Source: Pontiella sp. (lineage in GTDB: Bacteria > Verrucomicrobiota > Kiritimatiellia > Kiritimatiellales > Pontiellaceae). Taken from it: a DNA stretch of 64,000 nt. The notes beneath the pieces were generated by a model that saw only the letters and a program-made list of their open reading frames with translations, was not told the DNA's origin and ran no database searches. Below, one piece after another: positions 1-9,438 of the stretch; position 1 is the stretch's first letter; every line of letters begins with the position of its first letter. The stretch covers positions 25,390 to 89,389 of the forward strand of contig JBFHGU010000004.1 in NCBI GenBank assembly GCA_041582935.1, given 5' to 3'. Position numbers and translations under genes: made by a program.

Positions 1-368
1 ACCGGACGCACCTGGCCGAACTCGCCGGCAGCCCCCTTGCCGACCCGCGCACCGTCGTTCATGAATCCGATGTCGCACTCGTCATAAAAAATGCCGAAGC
101 GGCCTACGATGCCGTCATGCTCGATGTTGACAACGGGCCCGACGGCCTCACCCACGAAAACAACGACCGACTCTACACCGCCGGCGGCATCAAAGCCGCA
201 GTCCGCGCGCTCAAACCCGGCGGCGTACTCGGTGTCTGGTCGGCCGAACCCGATGCCGCGTTCACAAAGCGGCTGCGCGGCGCAGGCCTTAAAGTAGAAG
301 AAGTCACCGTGCGCGCCCGGCGCACCAAAGGACGGCGCCACACCATCTGGCTCGCCCAGAAAAAATAG
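1..368 (+). CDS. Spermidine-synthase-like SAM-dependent methyltransferase, 5'-truncated by window edge
   Basis: The frame of ORF 117..368 is open back to the window start (RTHLAELAGSPLADPRTVVHESDV...YDAVMLDVDNGPDG...ALKPGGVLGVWS), matching class I methyltransferase motifs. Confidence 0.8.
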   Translation, partial: RTHLAELAGSPLADPRTVVHESDVALVIKNAEAAYDAVMLDVDNGPDGLTHENNDRLYTAGGIKAAVRALKPGGVLGVWSAEPDAAFTKRLRGAGLKVEEVTVRARRTKGRRHTIWLAQKK

Positions 369-429
369 CACGCCGCTTGTATTTTTCCTCCGCGGCAAAC
401 ATGATGCGCCGCACAAATTAGGAACAGAC

Positions 430-1260
430 ATGAAAAAACAGATATTCACCGTACACTATAACGACGAAGGCAAACGCCTCTTCATCATCATTGCCGAACA
501 GCTCAGCATTTCCAAAAAAGCCGCCCAGGCGCTGATCGACGACAAAAAGGTGCTCGTCAACGGCAAGCGCGTCTGGATCCGGAAGCATGAAGTCCACGAA
601 GACGACCGCATCGAGATCCTCGTCGACGATTTTAAAAAGCCCGAGGCCAAAAAGATCGCGGTCCTCTGGGAAGACGAAGACTACCTGATCGTCAACAAGC
701 CCGCCTACTTCGTAACGAACGCCGCCGATAATTCCATCGAAGCCAAGCTGCGCGTGCAGGAAAAGAATAAAAACATCGTCGCCGTTCACCGGCTCGACAA
801 AGAGACCTCCGGCTGCGTCATCTTCGCCAAATCCGATCAGGCCAAAGCCAAGATGATTCCCATGTTCCAAGGCCGCGACATCATGAAAATCTACCGCGCC
901 ATCACCATCGGCCACTTCCCCTCCAGCTGGAAAGAGATCCGCACCGACATCGAAGGCTACATGTCAACCACCCTCGTCAAGACGCTCGACTCCAAAAAGA
1001 GCGCCTCCTATCTCGAGCTGCGCATCGAAACCGGCCGCACCCACCAGATCCGCCGGCACCTCGCCGACAAACGCTATCCCGTGATGGGCGACAAAAAATA
1101 TGCCGGCACCGGCAACGAGCTATCGCTCGAGCAGCCCCGCCAGATGCTCCACGCCTACCGGCTCATCTTCCCGCACCCCAAAACCGGCAAGCCGGTCCGC
1201 GCCACCGCGCCGCTTCCCGGCGACTTCAAGGCCTGCCTCGCGCAGATGAAACTTCGGTAA
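430..1260 (+). CDS. RluA/RluD-family RNA pseudouridine synthase
   Basis: N-terminal S4-like region, VNKP, catalytic VHRLDKETSG, TGRTHQIR, GDKKY, QMLHA. Confidence 0.95.
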   Translation: MKKQIFTVHYNDEGKRLFIIIAEQLSISKKAAQALIDDKKVLVNGKRVWIRKHEVHEDDRIEILVDDFKKPEAKKIAVLWEDEDYLIVNKPAYFVTNAADNSIEAKLRVQEKNKNIVAVHRLDKETSGCVIFAKSDQAKAKMIPMFQGRDIMKIYRAITIGHFPSSWKEIRTDIEGYMSTTLVKTLDSKKSASYLELRIETGRTHQIRRHLADKRYPVMGDKKYAGTGNELSLEQPRQMLHAYRLIFPHPKTGKPVRATAPLPGDFKACLAQMKLR

Positions 1261-1289
1261 AACGCAGCACGGTATTCCGCGCGAAAAAT

Positions 1290-1342
1290 CGGCAGAAAAA
1301 TGAGGGAAGAATATCCGCCCCATTTTTCTGCCGTTATTTTTT
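1290..1342. terminator. Hairpin between convergent genes, probable bidirectional terminator
   Basis: Perfect 13-bp inverted repeat CGGCAGAAAAATG (1290-1302) / CATTTTTCTGCCG (1321-1333), followed by a T-run. Confidence 0.6.
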
Positions 1343-1360
1343 ACCGGCCAACCCGCGGCT

Positions 1361-3208
1361 TCAGTTATACAAACTCCGCGGGCCCGGTCCTGTCGGATAA
1401 ACGCGGGTGCAGGTTTTATCCATGAAGCTCCCCACCTGCAGGCCGCGCAGTTTTTCGAGGTTCGGAAACAGCCAGCCGGCAGAGGCGCTGTGCTGGATAA
1501 TCTTGCCGCGCTCATCAGTCAGGATCAGCAGGTAGTCGGAATATTTCCGACCCATCGGCTGGTCGGTATCGTAGCTCATCAGCTCAACCGCATCGCCCTT
1601 AAAGGTGTGTTCAACGCCGCGGAATGAGCTGCTGAAGCGGTCGAGCAGGATATATTTGCGGTCATCGATCCGCTGCCGGCCGATCACAAAAAGCTCGGCC
1701 GTAATTTCGTGATCATAGTCCTGCGCGGAAACCTGCCGTATTTTTGCACCGAAACGGTAGTCGAGAATACGCGGCGGAATTTCTTCGAGATGCGGCGTGG
1801 TTTTAAGGATCCGCTGGCCGCTCTGCTTGGTGAACGTGATCCGGAATTCCGGCGGGCGGGCCAGCTCGATGTAACGCCGATCCGCAGCACTCAGCCCGCC
1901 GAGCGGCACCTTGATCTGTTTTCCCCGCGCCCCTTTCAGCATCACCTTGTTCCCCACAACGGCTTGAAACGCCGCCTCGACGGACTGCCCGCCGATTTCC
2001 CAGAGCCGAAGGGCCGACTCCCCTTCCGCCGAGGCTTCCGGCTCCTGCACGGCCAGGACGGGCGCGGCGGTTTCCGGCGGCGGAATATCACGAAAAACCG
2101 GCCCGCCTTCGACAGCGGCGTGGTCGAACGTCATCCATTCTAGAATGCGGTCCTTGAGGACGCGGCTCGGTTCGCTGGTTTTAAACATCGGCAGGATCGG
2201 GCCCTGCTGGCGGTTGAGCGGATAGTCGACGCCCTGCACTTCCACTGTCAGCATCGAACAGAATGTACCGCCGGGCACCTCGCCGATAATGACTTCCATA
2301 TCCAGCGCTTCGTTGGCCTTCAGCGTAATCCAGTCGCCCACGACGGCGGTGTTGTTGCCCATGGAATAGATGCGCGATGCCGCCGCCGGACTCTGCCAGC
2401 CGCCGGCCGCCGCAGTGACCGCCGCCTGCGGTGCCCAGGTGCTGCCCGGCCAGCAGGCCACCAGCACTTCTTTACCGTCCACGCGCACGGCCAGGATATC
2501 ATCGCCGTGCCCGCGGAAGCGGAAGGTGATGTCTTCGTGATACACCAGCTTGCCCTGGTAGTGCGCGAGCCAGCAGTAGCCCAGCGTATCGTCTTCGTCG
2601 AACGCCGCCGGCGCCACGGACGATTTGACCGGCGGCACCATGAAACACTCGGCAAACAGCTTGTTCGGCGAGCGGTAGTAGCGCGACAGCGTGGAGGTTT
2701 TCCAGCCGCTGCGGACAAACCGGGCGACCGCCTCGACAAACTGATGCGGATCCATGACGGCAGCCTGCCCGCCGCGGCCGCGCTTCAGGTCGTAGAAGGT
2801 TCCCTCAAAACCGAATCCGCTGTTCCATTTTTCGCCGACCAGCGTCGGCTCAATATCCTGCGCCCCGAAATCGTCGCTGATGACGAGCACCGGCATCTCC
2901 TGACCCAGCTCAAGATCCGGCACCTGGAAAACCGGCTGATCAACCGCCTGCCGTTCCACCGCAATCCGTTCCATCTGCCGCTGCGGCTTCGGCGCCTGGT
3001 TAATCCTCACCGGCGGCCGCGGCAGCTTCATCGCCGGCCGCTCCGGCAAAACCACCGGCCAGAAGTCGGCTGCCGTCTTTTCTTCGGGCAGCACGAGATA
3101 AACCGAAACCGCGATCACGAAAATCCCCGCGTGAAACAGCACACTCACCATCCAGCCGCTCGACGCGCCGCGCACAACCCCTTTATAAGCCTGAAACAAC
3201 GGTCTCAT
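1361..3208 (-). CDS. Membrane-anchored hypothetical protein (PA14-like middle region, SHD1-like domain)
   Basis: N-terminal TM (SVLFHAGIFVIAV), Pro-rich linker, FRFRGHGDDILAVRVDGK (PA14-like), LRLWEIGGQSVEA...VPLGGLSAADRRYI (SHD1-like). Start overlaps the upstream stop (ATGA). Confidence 0.7.
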   Translation of the reverse strand: MRPLFQAYKGVVRGASSGWMVSVLFHAGIFVIAVSVYLVLPEEKTAADFWPVVLPERPAMKLPRPPVRINQAPKPQRQMERIAVERQAVDQPVFQVPDLELGQEMPVLVISDDFGAQDIEPTLVGEKWNSGFGFEGTFYDLKRGRGGQAAVMDPHQFVEAVARFVRSGWKTSTLSRYYRSPNKLFAECFMVPPVKSSVAPAAFDEDDTLGYCWLAHYQGKLVYHEDITFRFRGHGDDILAVRVDGKEVLVACWPGSTWAPQAAVTAAAGGWQSPAAASRIYSMGNNTAVVGDWITLKANEALDMEVIIGEVPGGTFCSMLTVEVQGVDYPLNRQQGPILPMFKTSEPSRVLKDRILEWMTFDHAAVEGGPVFRDIPPPETAAPVLAVQEPEASAEGESALRLWEIGGQSVEAAFQAVVGNKVMLKGARGKQIKVPLGGLSAADRRYIELARPPEFRITFTKQSGQRILKTTPHLEEIPPRILDYRFGAKIRQVSAQDYDHEITAELFVIGRQRIDDRKYILLDRFSSSFRGVEHTFKGDAVELMSYDTDQPMGRKYSDYLLILTDERGKIIQHSASAGWLFPNLEKLRGLQVGSFMDKTCTRVYPTGPGPRSLYN

Positions 3209-4533
3209 TTCCGTTCTCCTTTCACATAACTCTGAATGGCTTCAAGACCCGCGATGGTCTGATAACCGCCGCGCGTCAGTTTCGTGAGTTTATAAAAACG
3301 CTCGTCGCGTCCCTGACCAGAATCCGCCGGAACAAACTGAACGACATTGAAGGTGTAGCGATCCTTTTTCTTCAGCCCGCTCTGCTTCGGCTGTGCTTTG
3401 CGCACCGACGCAAATGCCTCCTGAAAATCGTCGGGCGTAAAGTGATAATACTGCGCCGGCGGCGGCCCCGGGACGTCCGAATAATACGCCCGCACCAGGC
3501 CCTGCCGTCCGTTTGCAATCACCCGCGGCGGTTCTCCGTCGGCTTTGCGCCGGCGGTTTTCTTCGGCGAGCTGTTCGCGCGCCTTTTCCACGTGCGCCAG
3601 CCAGCGCCGGCCGGTGGACGATGCATACCATTCGTCCATCGACTGACTGCGGTCTTTGGAAACAACCTTCTGGCTGCCCCAGGAGTTGGTCAGCAGAAAA
3701 ACCGTATCTGCACCCTGCTGCATCGCCAGCATGGCCGGGCGGAACCAGCGGTCCTGCCGATAGGCATGGTCGTCGGAAACGGTTTCGGAAAATTTGCCGG
3801 TGCGCAGATCCTGCCGCTGTTCGGCACCGCCCTCGCCGACCGTCCGCAGTCCGTAGCGCCCTGACTCGACGCTCTCCTCCACACCGTTCAGCGGCGTCAG
3901 CCACGCCTCTGCTTTGCGCACGTTGGAATCCGTTGCCCGCACCAGATCGGGAAAGAGCACCACCGATTTCCCGCCGTCGAAAACGCAGAGGTTAAACACG
4001 GCCGTGGGCGGCAGCTCATCCACCATCCGCAGCATCTCCTGCTTGATGATTGTGTAGGCCGGGATCCCGCCCATTTCATCCACCAGCATGTGCGGCCCGG
4101 CGTCCAGAATCAGAAAGATCTTTTCGCCCTTCGATTTAATGTTCCAGAAGTTCAGCTCCGGCATGGTGAACCCGATGGTGCTGAGCGACTCAGCCGCCGC
4201 ACCGGCCATCGTGCCGAACTGCCCTTTCATGCCCTGCATTTCGGGCAGCGAAAATTCGGGTATCTGCTGCTCAACCTTCACCTCAACCGGAATCCGCGTG
4301 AACTGCGGCTTTGCCTGCCGGGGCTGTACGGCCGTTGTTGGCGGGCGAAGCCGGGTTAAAGGTTTGCTCCGATGAAACTCCCGCACCACAAATCCCGGAT
4401 CATCCGGAATAATCTGGCTGATCACCACAAAGGAGAGACCGCCCACCGCCAGGAGGGCATGCAGCACCAATGTAGCCATCACCGCACTGGATTTTGAATG
4501 CTTCGAGAAGAACCGACACTTATTTGATTTCAC
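3205..4533 (-). CDS. Membrane-anchored hypothetical protein with vWA-like domain
   Basis: Probable GTG start at 4533 after GAAAGGGG. TM TLVLHALL, Pro-rich linker, KIFLILDAGPHM...FNLCVF...ADTVFLLT...LTKLTRGGY (degenerate vWA pattern). Confidence 0.7.
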   Translation of the reverse strand: MKSNKCRFFSKHSKSSAVMATLVLHALLAVGGLSFVVISQIIPDDPGFVVREFHRSKPLTRLRPPTTAVQPRQAKPQFTRIPVEVKVEQQIPEFSLPEMQGMKGQFGTMAGAAAESLSTIGFTMPELNFWNIKSKGEKIFLILDAGPHMLVDEMGGIPAYTIIKQEMLRMVDELPPTAVFNLCVFDGGKSVVLFPDLVRATDSNVRKAEAWLTPLNGVEESVESGRYGLRTVGEGGAEQRQDLRTGKFSETVSDDHAYRQDRWFRPAMLAMQQGADTVFLLTNSWGSQKVVSKDRSQSMDEWYASSTGRRWLAHVEKAREQLAEENRRRKADGEPPRVIANGRQGLVRAYYSDVPGPPPAQYYHFTPDDFQEAFASVRKAQPKQSGLKKKDRYTFNVVQFVPADSGQGRDERFYKLTKLTRGGYQTIAGLEAIQSYVKGERK

Positions 4534-4815
4534 ATCTAACCCCTTTCCGGAGTTGATACGTCTGCAAAGCGCGCGGGCTTTGAAAAAGACAAGTAATTCG
4601 TGACGCATGATGCCTAATCAGAATGCCGGGCCGTTATTATGCCACCCTTGGCTTTTGACGCTGCAAGCTCCACCAACCCCATTATATCATTTACATTTAC
4701 AGGTGTATTTTTTATGCATTCTGCACACGCTATCTACTATAGGGTATACTGATGTAGATTTGTCGGGATAAGTTATCTGCACGCTTACAGCGTCATTAAT
4801 AACCTTGGGAGGGGT

Positions 4816-5616
4816 ATGAAACTCACGAAGCTTGCCAGCATTATTCTAATCGTCTCACTGAACTGCCGAGGTGATAATTTCAGGCTATTCCATGACGTAA
4901 CAGGCCGGGAAATTGAAGCCTGCGTGAGAAGCTATAACCCTCGAACCAACATGGTTAAGGTCGAACTTAGAAACAAGGCTTTGAAGTCCGTTAAGACCAC
5001 TGTGTTTTCCGAAGAAGATCAGGCCTATATTTTAGATTGGTTTAAGGCTGATGCATTGCTCTCTGGAAAAACACTTCGCCTATCGGCCAACAAAAAAACT
5101 GTACGCAATGGCAGCTATCATGAAGAACAAAACGGATGGCACTCAGTATATCCCGGCATGGAGTTCAAAGACATGAACTATGAAATTATACTGGAAAATC
5201 GAAGCGGTCAGATATTGGAAAATGTCGAAGTGGAATACTGTGTCTATCATAAGAGCATCATTGATGAGATATTCATGACAACTGAACTCAGAGATAATGG
5301 TTACTATCCTGTGGACACCGAACAACTCCCCCGAAAGGTGGACATCAACATCATAAGCGGGAAATGGGAAATTTCATCCTTAGAGACGAAAAAACAGGAA
5401 TACGCAACCAAGGAAATTCGACTTAAAAACGGAAGTGAATTTAAATCCGATCACAATAAGTCCACGAGAAATACCAGAAGTGTTAGCGATGAATTACTAG
5501 GAATCCGTATCCGCGTATATATCGCCTTGGAGTCCGGCAAAAAAGTAATGAAAGAATTCTCCTACCCCGATACACTGATTGATTCAACGAAGTGGAAATC
5601 GCCGGAAAAAAATTAA
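4816..5616 (+). CDS. Exported hypothetical protein with N-terminal SHD1-like domain (AT-rich)
   Basis: RBS GGGAGGGG, signal peptide, FRLFHDVTGREIEA...FSEEDQAYI. Visibly AT-richer than flanking genes. Confidence 0.75.
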   Translation: MKLTKLASIILIVSLNCRGDNFRLFHDVTGREIEACVRSYNPRTNMVKVELRNKALKSVKTTVFSEEDQAYILDWFKADALLSGKTLRLSANKKTVRNGSYHEEQNGWHSVYPGMEFKDMNYEIILENRSGQILENVEVEYCVYHKSIIDEIFMTTELRDNGYYPVDTEQLPRKVDINIISGKWEISSLETKKQEYATKEIRLKNGSEFKSDHNKSTRNTRSVSDELLGIRIRVYIALESGKKVMKEFSYPDTLIDSTKWKSPEKN

Positions 5617-5631
5617 TTCACAATGCGGCTC

Positions 5632-5712
5632 CTAAAGTATCGGCTCATCGGCGTCGTTGATTTCGATGATCTTTTTCGTGGTGTTGTCCGTCTCGCTCTG
5701 GCTTCTTTCCAT
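5632..5712 (-). CDS. Candidate 26-aa small ORF (MERSQSETDNTTKKIIEINDADEPIL)
   Basis: Perfect AGGAGG Shine-Dalgarno 5 nt before ATG at 5712, TAG at 5634-5632. Below the ORF-track cut-off. Confidence 0.35.
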   Translation of the reverse strand: MERSQSETDNTTKKIIEINDADEPIL

Positions 5713-5809
5713 GTGGTCCTCCTATGTGATTGCACTCACTGGCTGATCGTATCAGCCGGAGGACCTCTGTTTCAAATGTGCGAAACTATTTGTACGTTAT
5801 CTGGATAAC

Positions 5810-6313
5810 TGCCCGGCTCCCCGAAGAATACAATCCCGAATTGAGAATGGATATGCCTTCGACCCGGTTTACGACCAGCTGATCGCATCGTTTGAATCCG
5901 CCAACGCTCTGGCGGAATCCCTTTCCAGCTCCGACGAAGCACTGAAAGCCCGCGCTCATCAATTAATGACCAGCCGAAAAGAGCATCTCTATAAAGGGAT
6001 CGGCTGGCATTTGATGAACGGACTGTTCGTTAAAAAATGCTTTCGGCAGCTTCTATCTGTCGGCCGCCTCGAACATTTTGATTCAGATTTCGAACGCTTC
6101 AGCGAGCGGGTTGAGTTTCCGGATCCGGATTTCGGCATTCCGGGAAAAACACGGGAAAATAAAAAGAACTATTCCCGCGGCCTTTCAGACCAGGCCGTCG
6201 AAAATCTCCGCCGGTTCTACCGCGATTCCGACTACCGGACGCTCGACGAATTAGTGAAGCACGGCTTCCTGACCCCGGACGATCTGGAACAGTATAATCA
6301 ATACCCTTATTAG
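5810..6313 (+). pseudogene. Probable 5'-truncated sulfotransferase-family gene remnant
   Basis: The frame of ORF 5966..6313 stays open upstream (FESANALAESL...) without a start codon. VGRLEHFDSDF and LRRFYRDSDY resemble Sulfotransfer_2 C-termini. Confidence 0.45.
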
Positions 6314-6499
6314 AGTGCTTCCGTCCCAGCAGCGCATTCTACGACTGGGCCGAATTAAAGTGTAGATCCGTTTAACCCGAGCGTCGCGAAGGAAAACGGA
6401 GGCGGGCAGAAAAGAATTCGACCATCGCTTTCACCGCTCCGCGGCGTTAAGCGATCCCTGCACCTCCGCAACCAGCCCCATCAACTGACACGTAACGCC

Positions 6500-8395
6500 C
6501 TAATAGGCACGCGCATCGCTGTTTTCCATAAAGTTGATGAAGGAGCGGTTGGCGACACGGTGACCGCCGGGGGTCGGATAGTCGCCGGAAAAATACCAGT
6601 CGCCCTTATGGTTCGGACAGGCTTCATGCAGGCCGCTGATGCTCTGGTAGATAATCTCCACCTCGGCCTTCATGCCCTCCGGCGTCAGGATTTTGGCAAT
6701 ACGCTCGGAAATCTGCTCGGCCGTAAACGGTTCAAACAGTTTCTTCACCTGGTTCCGGGCCTCGGTAATCGGTTTATCTTCGTCGGCCAGGCAGGCCTGG
6801 TAAATCTCGTTGAGCAGCTCTTCCCGGCCGGATTCGCGGATCAGGTCCACCGCGGCTTCGAAGGCGATGAAATCCTTCATCTTCGACATATCGATGCCGT
6901 AGCAGTCCGGATAGCGGATCTGCGGCGCCGAGGAAACAATGATCACCTTCTTCATGCCGAGGCGGTCGAGGATGCGCAGGATAGAGGTGCGCAGCGTGGT
7001 GCCGCGGACGATGGAGTCGTCCAGAATCACCAGCGTATCGTTCGGTTTCACAATGCCGTAGGTCGTGTCGTAGACCTGCGCCACGAGATCGTTACGGTCG
7101 GCATCGTTGGTAATGAACGTGCGCAGCTTGGCGTCTTTGGTCATCAGTTTTTCAACACGGGGCTGGAACGTCAGCAGTTCATCGAGCCGTTCGGCCGTCA
7201 CACGGCCGTCTTTCAGCAGCTGTTCCTTCGCCCGCTGGGCCACCACATCCTTCACCCCTTCGACCATGCCGCGGAAAGCTGTTTCGGCCGTATTCGGAAT
7301 GTAGGAAAAGACGGTGTTTTCGAGATCGTAATCGACCGAATCCATCACCTTGCTGACCAGCGAACGGCCGAGGTTTTTGCGCTCCTGATAGATGTCTTTA
7401 TCGGTACCGCGCGAAAAGTAGATCCGCTCAAACGAGCACGGTGTTTTCTTCAGCGGCTCATTCACCGGCTCCATCCGCACCTCGCCGGTACGCTTCACCA
7501 CCAGCGCATGGCCCGGCTCGATTTCCTTCACCGATTCCACCGGCACATCCAGTGCGGTCTGGATCTGCGGGCGCTCGGAAGCAATCAGGACAATCTCGTC
7601 GTCATGGTAGTAAAAACCCGGCCGAATACCGCTCGGGTCGCGGAGCGCAAACAGGTCGCCGTGGCCGATCATACCGCACATCACGTAACCGCCGTCGAAC
7701 GAACGCGTCGCCTTTTTGAGGACACGGACCACATCGAGGTCCTGCACAATTTTCTCCGTAATCTCGCGGCGGCTGAGCCCTTCTTTACGGTATTTGCGGA
7801 AGAGGAAATCGTTGGCTTCGTCGAGGAAGTGGCCGATCTTTTCGAGCACCATTACGGTGTCGGCTTGATTGCGCGGATGCTGGCCGAGCTCCACGAGCAT
7901 ATCGAACAGTTCGTTGTTGTTCGTCAGGTTAAAGTTGCCGGCCACCACCAGGTTGCGCGTCATCCAGTTATTCTGGCGCAGGAAGGGATGGCAGAAGGTT
8001 TCGCCCTGGGCGCCGTGCGTGCCGTAGCGCAGATGGCCGAGCAGCAGCTCACCGGCAAAGAGCACATTGTTTTTCACCCATTCGCCGTCATGCATCTTTT
8101 CCGGATGCTCAGCACGCGCATCGGCAAAGGCCTTCACCAGCCGGTTGCGGACGGCCATAATCGGATTTTTATCGGCCGAGCGGGTGCGGAAAATATAGGG
8201 TTTTCCCGGCGGCATATCGAGTTTGATCGCGCAGGCGCCGGCACCGTCCTGACCGCGGTTGTGCTGCTTTTCCATCAACAGGGTCAGTTTATTGACCGCG
8301 TACATAGAAGTGCCGTATTTCTCGATGTAGAAATCAAGTGGCTTTAAGAGTCTTACCGCGGCAATTCCGCACTCATGACCGATCCAATCGCTCAT
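6500..8395 (-). CDS. purF: Amidophosphoribosyltransferase
   Basis: HECGIA (Ntn Cys after short propeptide), QHNRGQDGAG, GHLRYGT, CSFERIYF, PRPP loop ILDDSIVRGTT, YGIDM. Confidence 0.95.
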   Translation of the reverse strand: MSDWIGHECGIAAVRLLKPLDFYIEKYGTSMYAVNKLTLLMEKQHNRGQDGAGACAIKLDMPPGKPYIFRTRSADKNPIMAVRNRLVKAFADARAEHPEKMHDGEWVKNNVLFAGELLLGHLRYGTHGAQGETFCHPFLRQNNWMTRNLVVAGNFNLTNNNELFDMLVELGQHPRNQADTVMVLEKIGHFLDEANDFLFRKYRKEGLSRREITEKIVQDLDVVRVLKKATRSFDGGYVMCGMIGHGDLFALRDPSGIRPGFYYHDDEIVLIASERPQIQTALDVPVESVKEIEPGHALVVKRTGEVRMEPVNEPLKKTPCSFERIYFSRGTDKDIYQERKNLGRSLVSKVMDSVDYDLENTVFSYIPNTAETAFRGMVEGVKDVVAQRAKEQLLKDGRVTAERLDELLTFQPRVEKLMTKDAKLRTFITNDADRNDLVAQVYDTTYGIVKPNDTLVILDDSIVRGTTLRTSILRILDRLGMKKVIIVSSAPQIRYPDCYGIDMSKMKDFIAFEAAVDLIRESGREELLNEIYQACLADEDKPITEARNQVKKLFEPFTAEQISERIAKILTPEGMKAEVEIIYQSISGLHEACPNHKGDWYFSGDYPTPGGHRVANRSFINFMENSDARAY

Positions 8396-8786
8396 AACAT
8401 ACCGTCCTCTGGTTATGTTCGGTTTTGATTAGCAAAGAGCGCACCGTGCCCTAGAAGCGCTACCCCGTCAAGCTTCTCAGCTGACTTTCAAATCCGGCTG
8501 ATTCAGAACCAAATCGGTCACATTCCGCAATCCCTTTAAACGCGCTATGTTCCGCCGTCCGAAGGCGTTCCGAACCCGGGCATCGAGCCGTCCCAACCCC
8601 TTAAAAAGGGGGCGAAAGACGGCACGCCGAAACGCACGCGGCCCGCCCGCGCGCCCGATCACCTGCCAGGCCGGAAGCCGCCCGGCGCAGGCGCCGTCAC
8701 CGGCTTCGGACGGGTCCGGCCGGCCCTCCCCGGCGGCTGCGGGGCGGGAAATGTCGGGACGCGCATGGCGGCCTGCATGGGTAAGC

Positions 8787-9422
8787 TCATCGTTCCTCGG
8801 TTTCTTCCTTGGCGGCCTCTTCCGCACAGAGGCAGCGCGAAATTACGGTTATCATATCCGTCATGCGGGCGGTCTTCTTGTTGAAATACTTTTCAACCAG
8901 TCCCAGGTGACGCGCAAAAAAGCGGCTCACCGCATTTTCCGGATAGGCATAAACGGCCGCCGTATAGCCGACGCCGGCCTCCCCGCAGTCGAGCAGCTGC
9001 ACATGAATCAGCGCCTCGTATTGCCCGAAAAAGCGTCTGCCGGCCGAATAGAAAATGATGTCGAACGTCGACTCCGTCGTTTCGGCACGCATGATTTCAG
9101 TGATGTCCGTCCGCTCGCCTTTGCGGTTTACATAGTGATAATCGACGGGCGAGGTCTGCTGAATCGAGAATTCCGGCGCCTCCTCGTCGAGCACCTGCTC
9201 GGCATATGCCCGCTGGACATTGGCCATCAGGTCCGGATGCGAAAAAACCTTCAGCGCCTGCGCATAGTCCACCGGCACCACCCCCTCGGCCGCGCAGCAG
9301 ATCGGCTTCTTGTTTTCCAGCAAGGCCCTGGACGGTCCGGCCGGCAGCAGCGCCGCGGTGCCGAGTGCCTGCGCGGACAGGGTTCCGAACAGCACAGCAG
9401 CGGCCAGCGCACCGCGAAGCAC
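8787..9422 (-). CDS. Exported hypothetical protein
   Basis: Likely GTG start at 9422 giving signal peptide MLRGALAAAVLFGTLSAQA. Lies directly downstream of the glycosyltransferase. Start uncertain. Confidence 0.65.
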   Translation of the reverse strand: MLRGALAAAVLFGTLSAQALGTAALLPAGPSRALLENKKPICCAAEGVVPVDYAQALKVFSHPDLMANVQRAYAEQVLDEEAPEFSIQQTSPVDYHYVNRKGERTDITEIMRAETTESTFDIIFYSAGRRFFGQYEALIHVQLLDCGEAGVGYTAAVYAYPENAVSRFFARHLGLVEKYFNKKTARMTDMITVISRCLCAEEAAKEETEER

Positions 9423-9438
9423 ACGGCACGCATCACGT

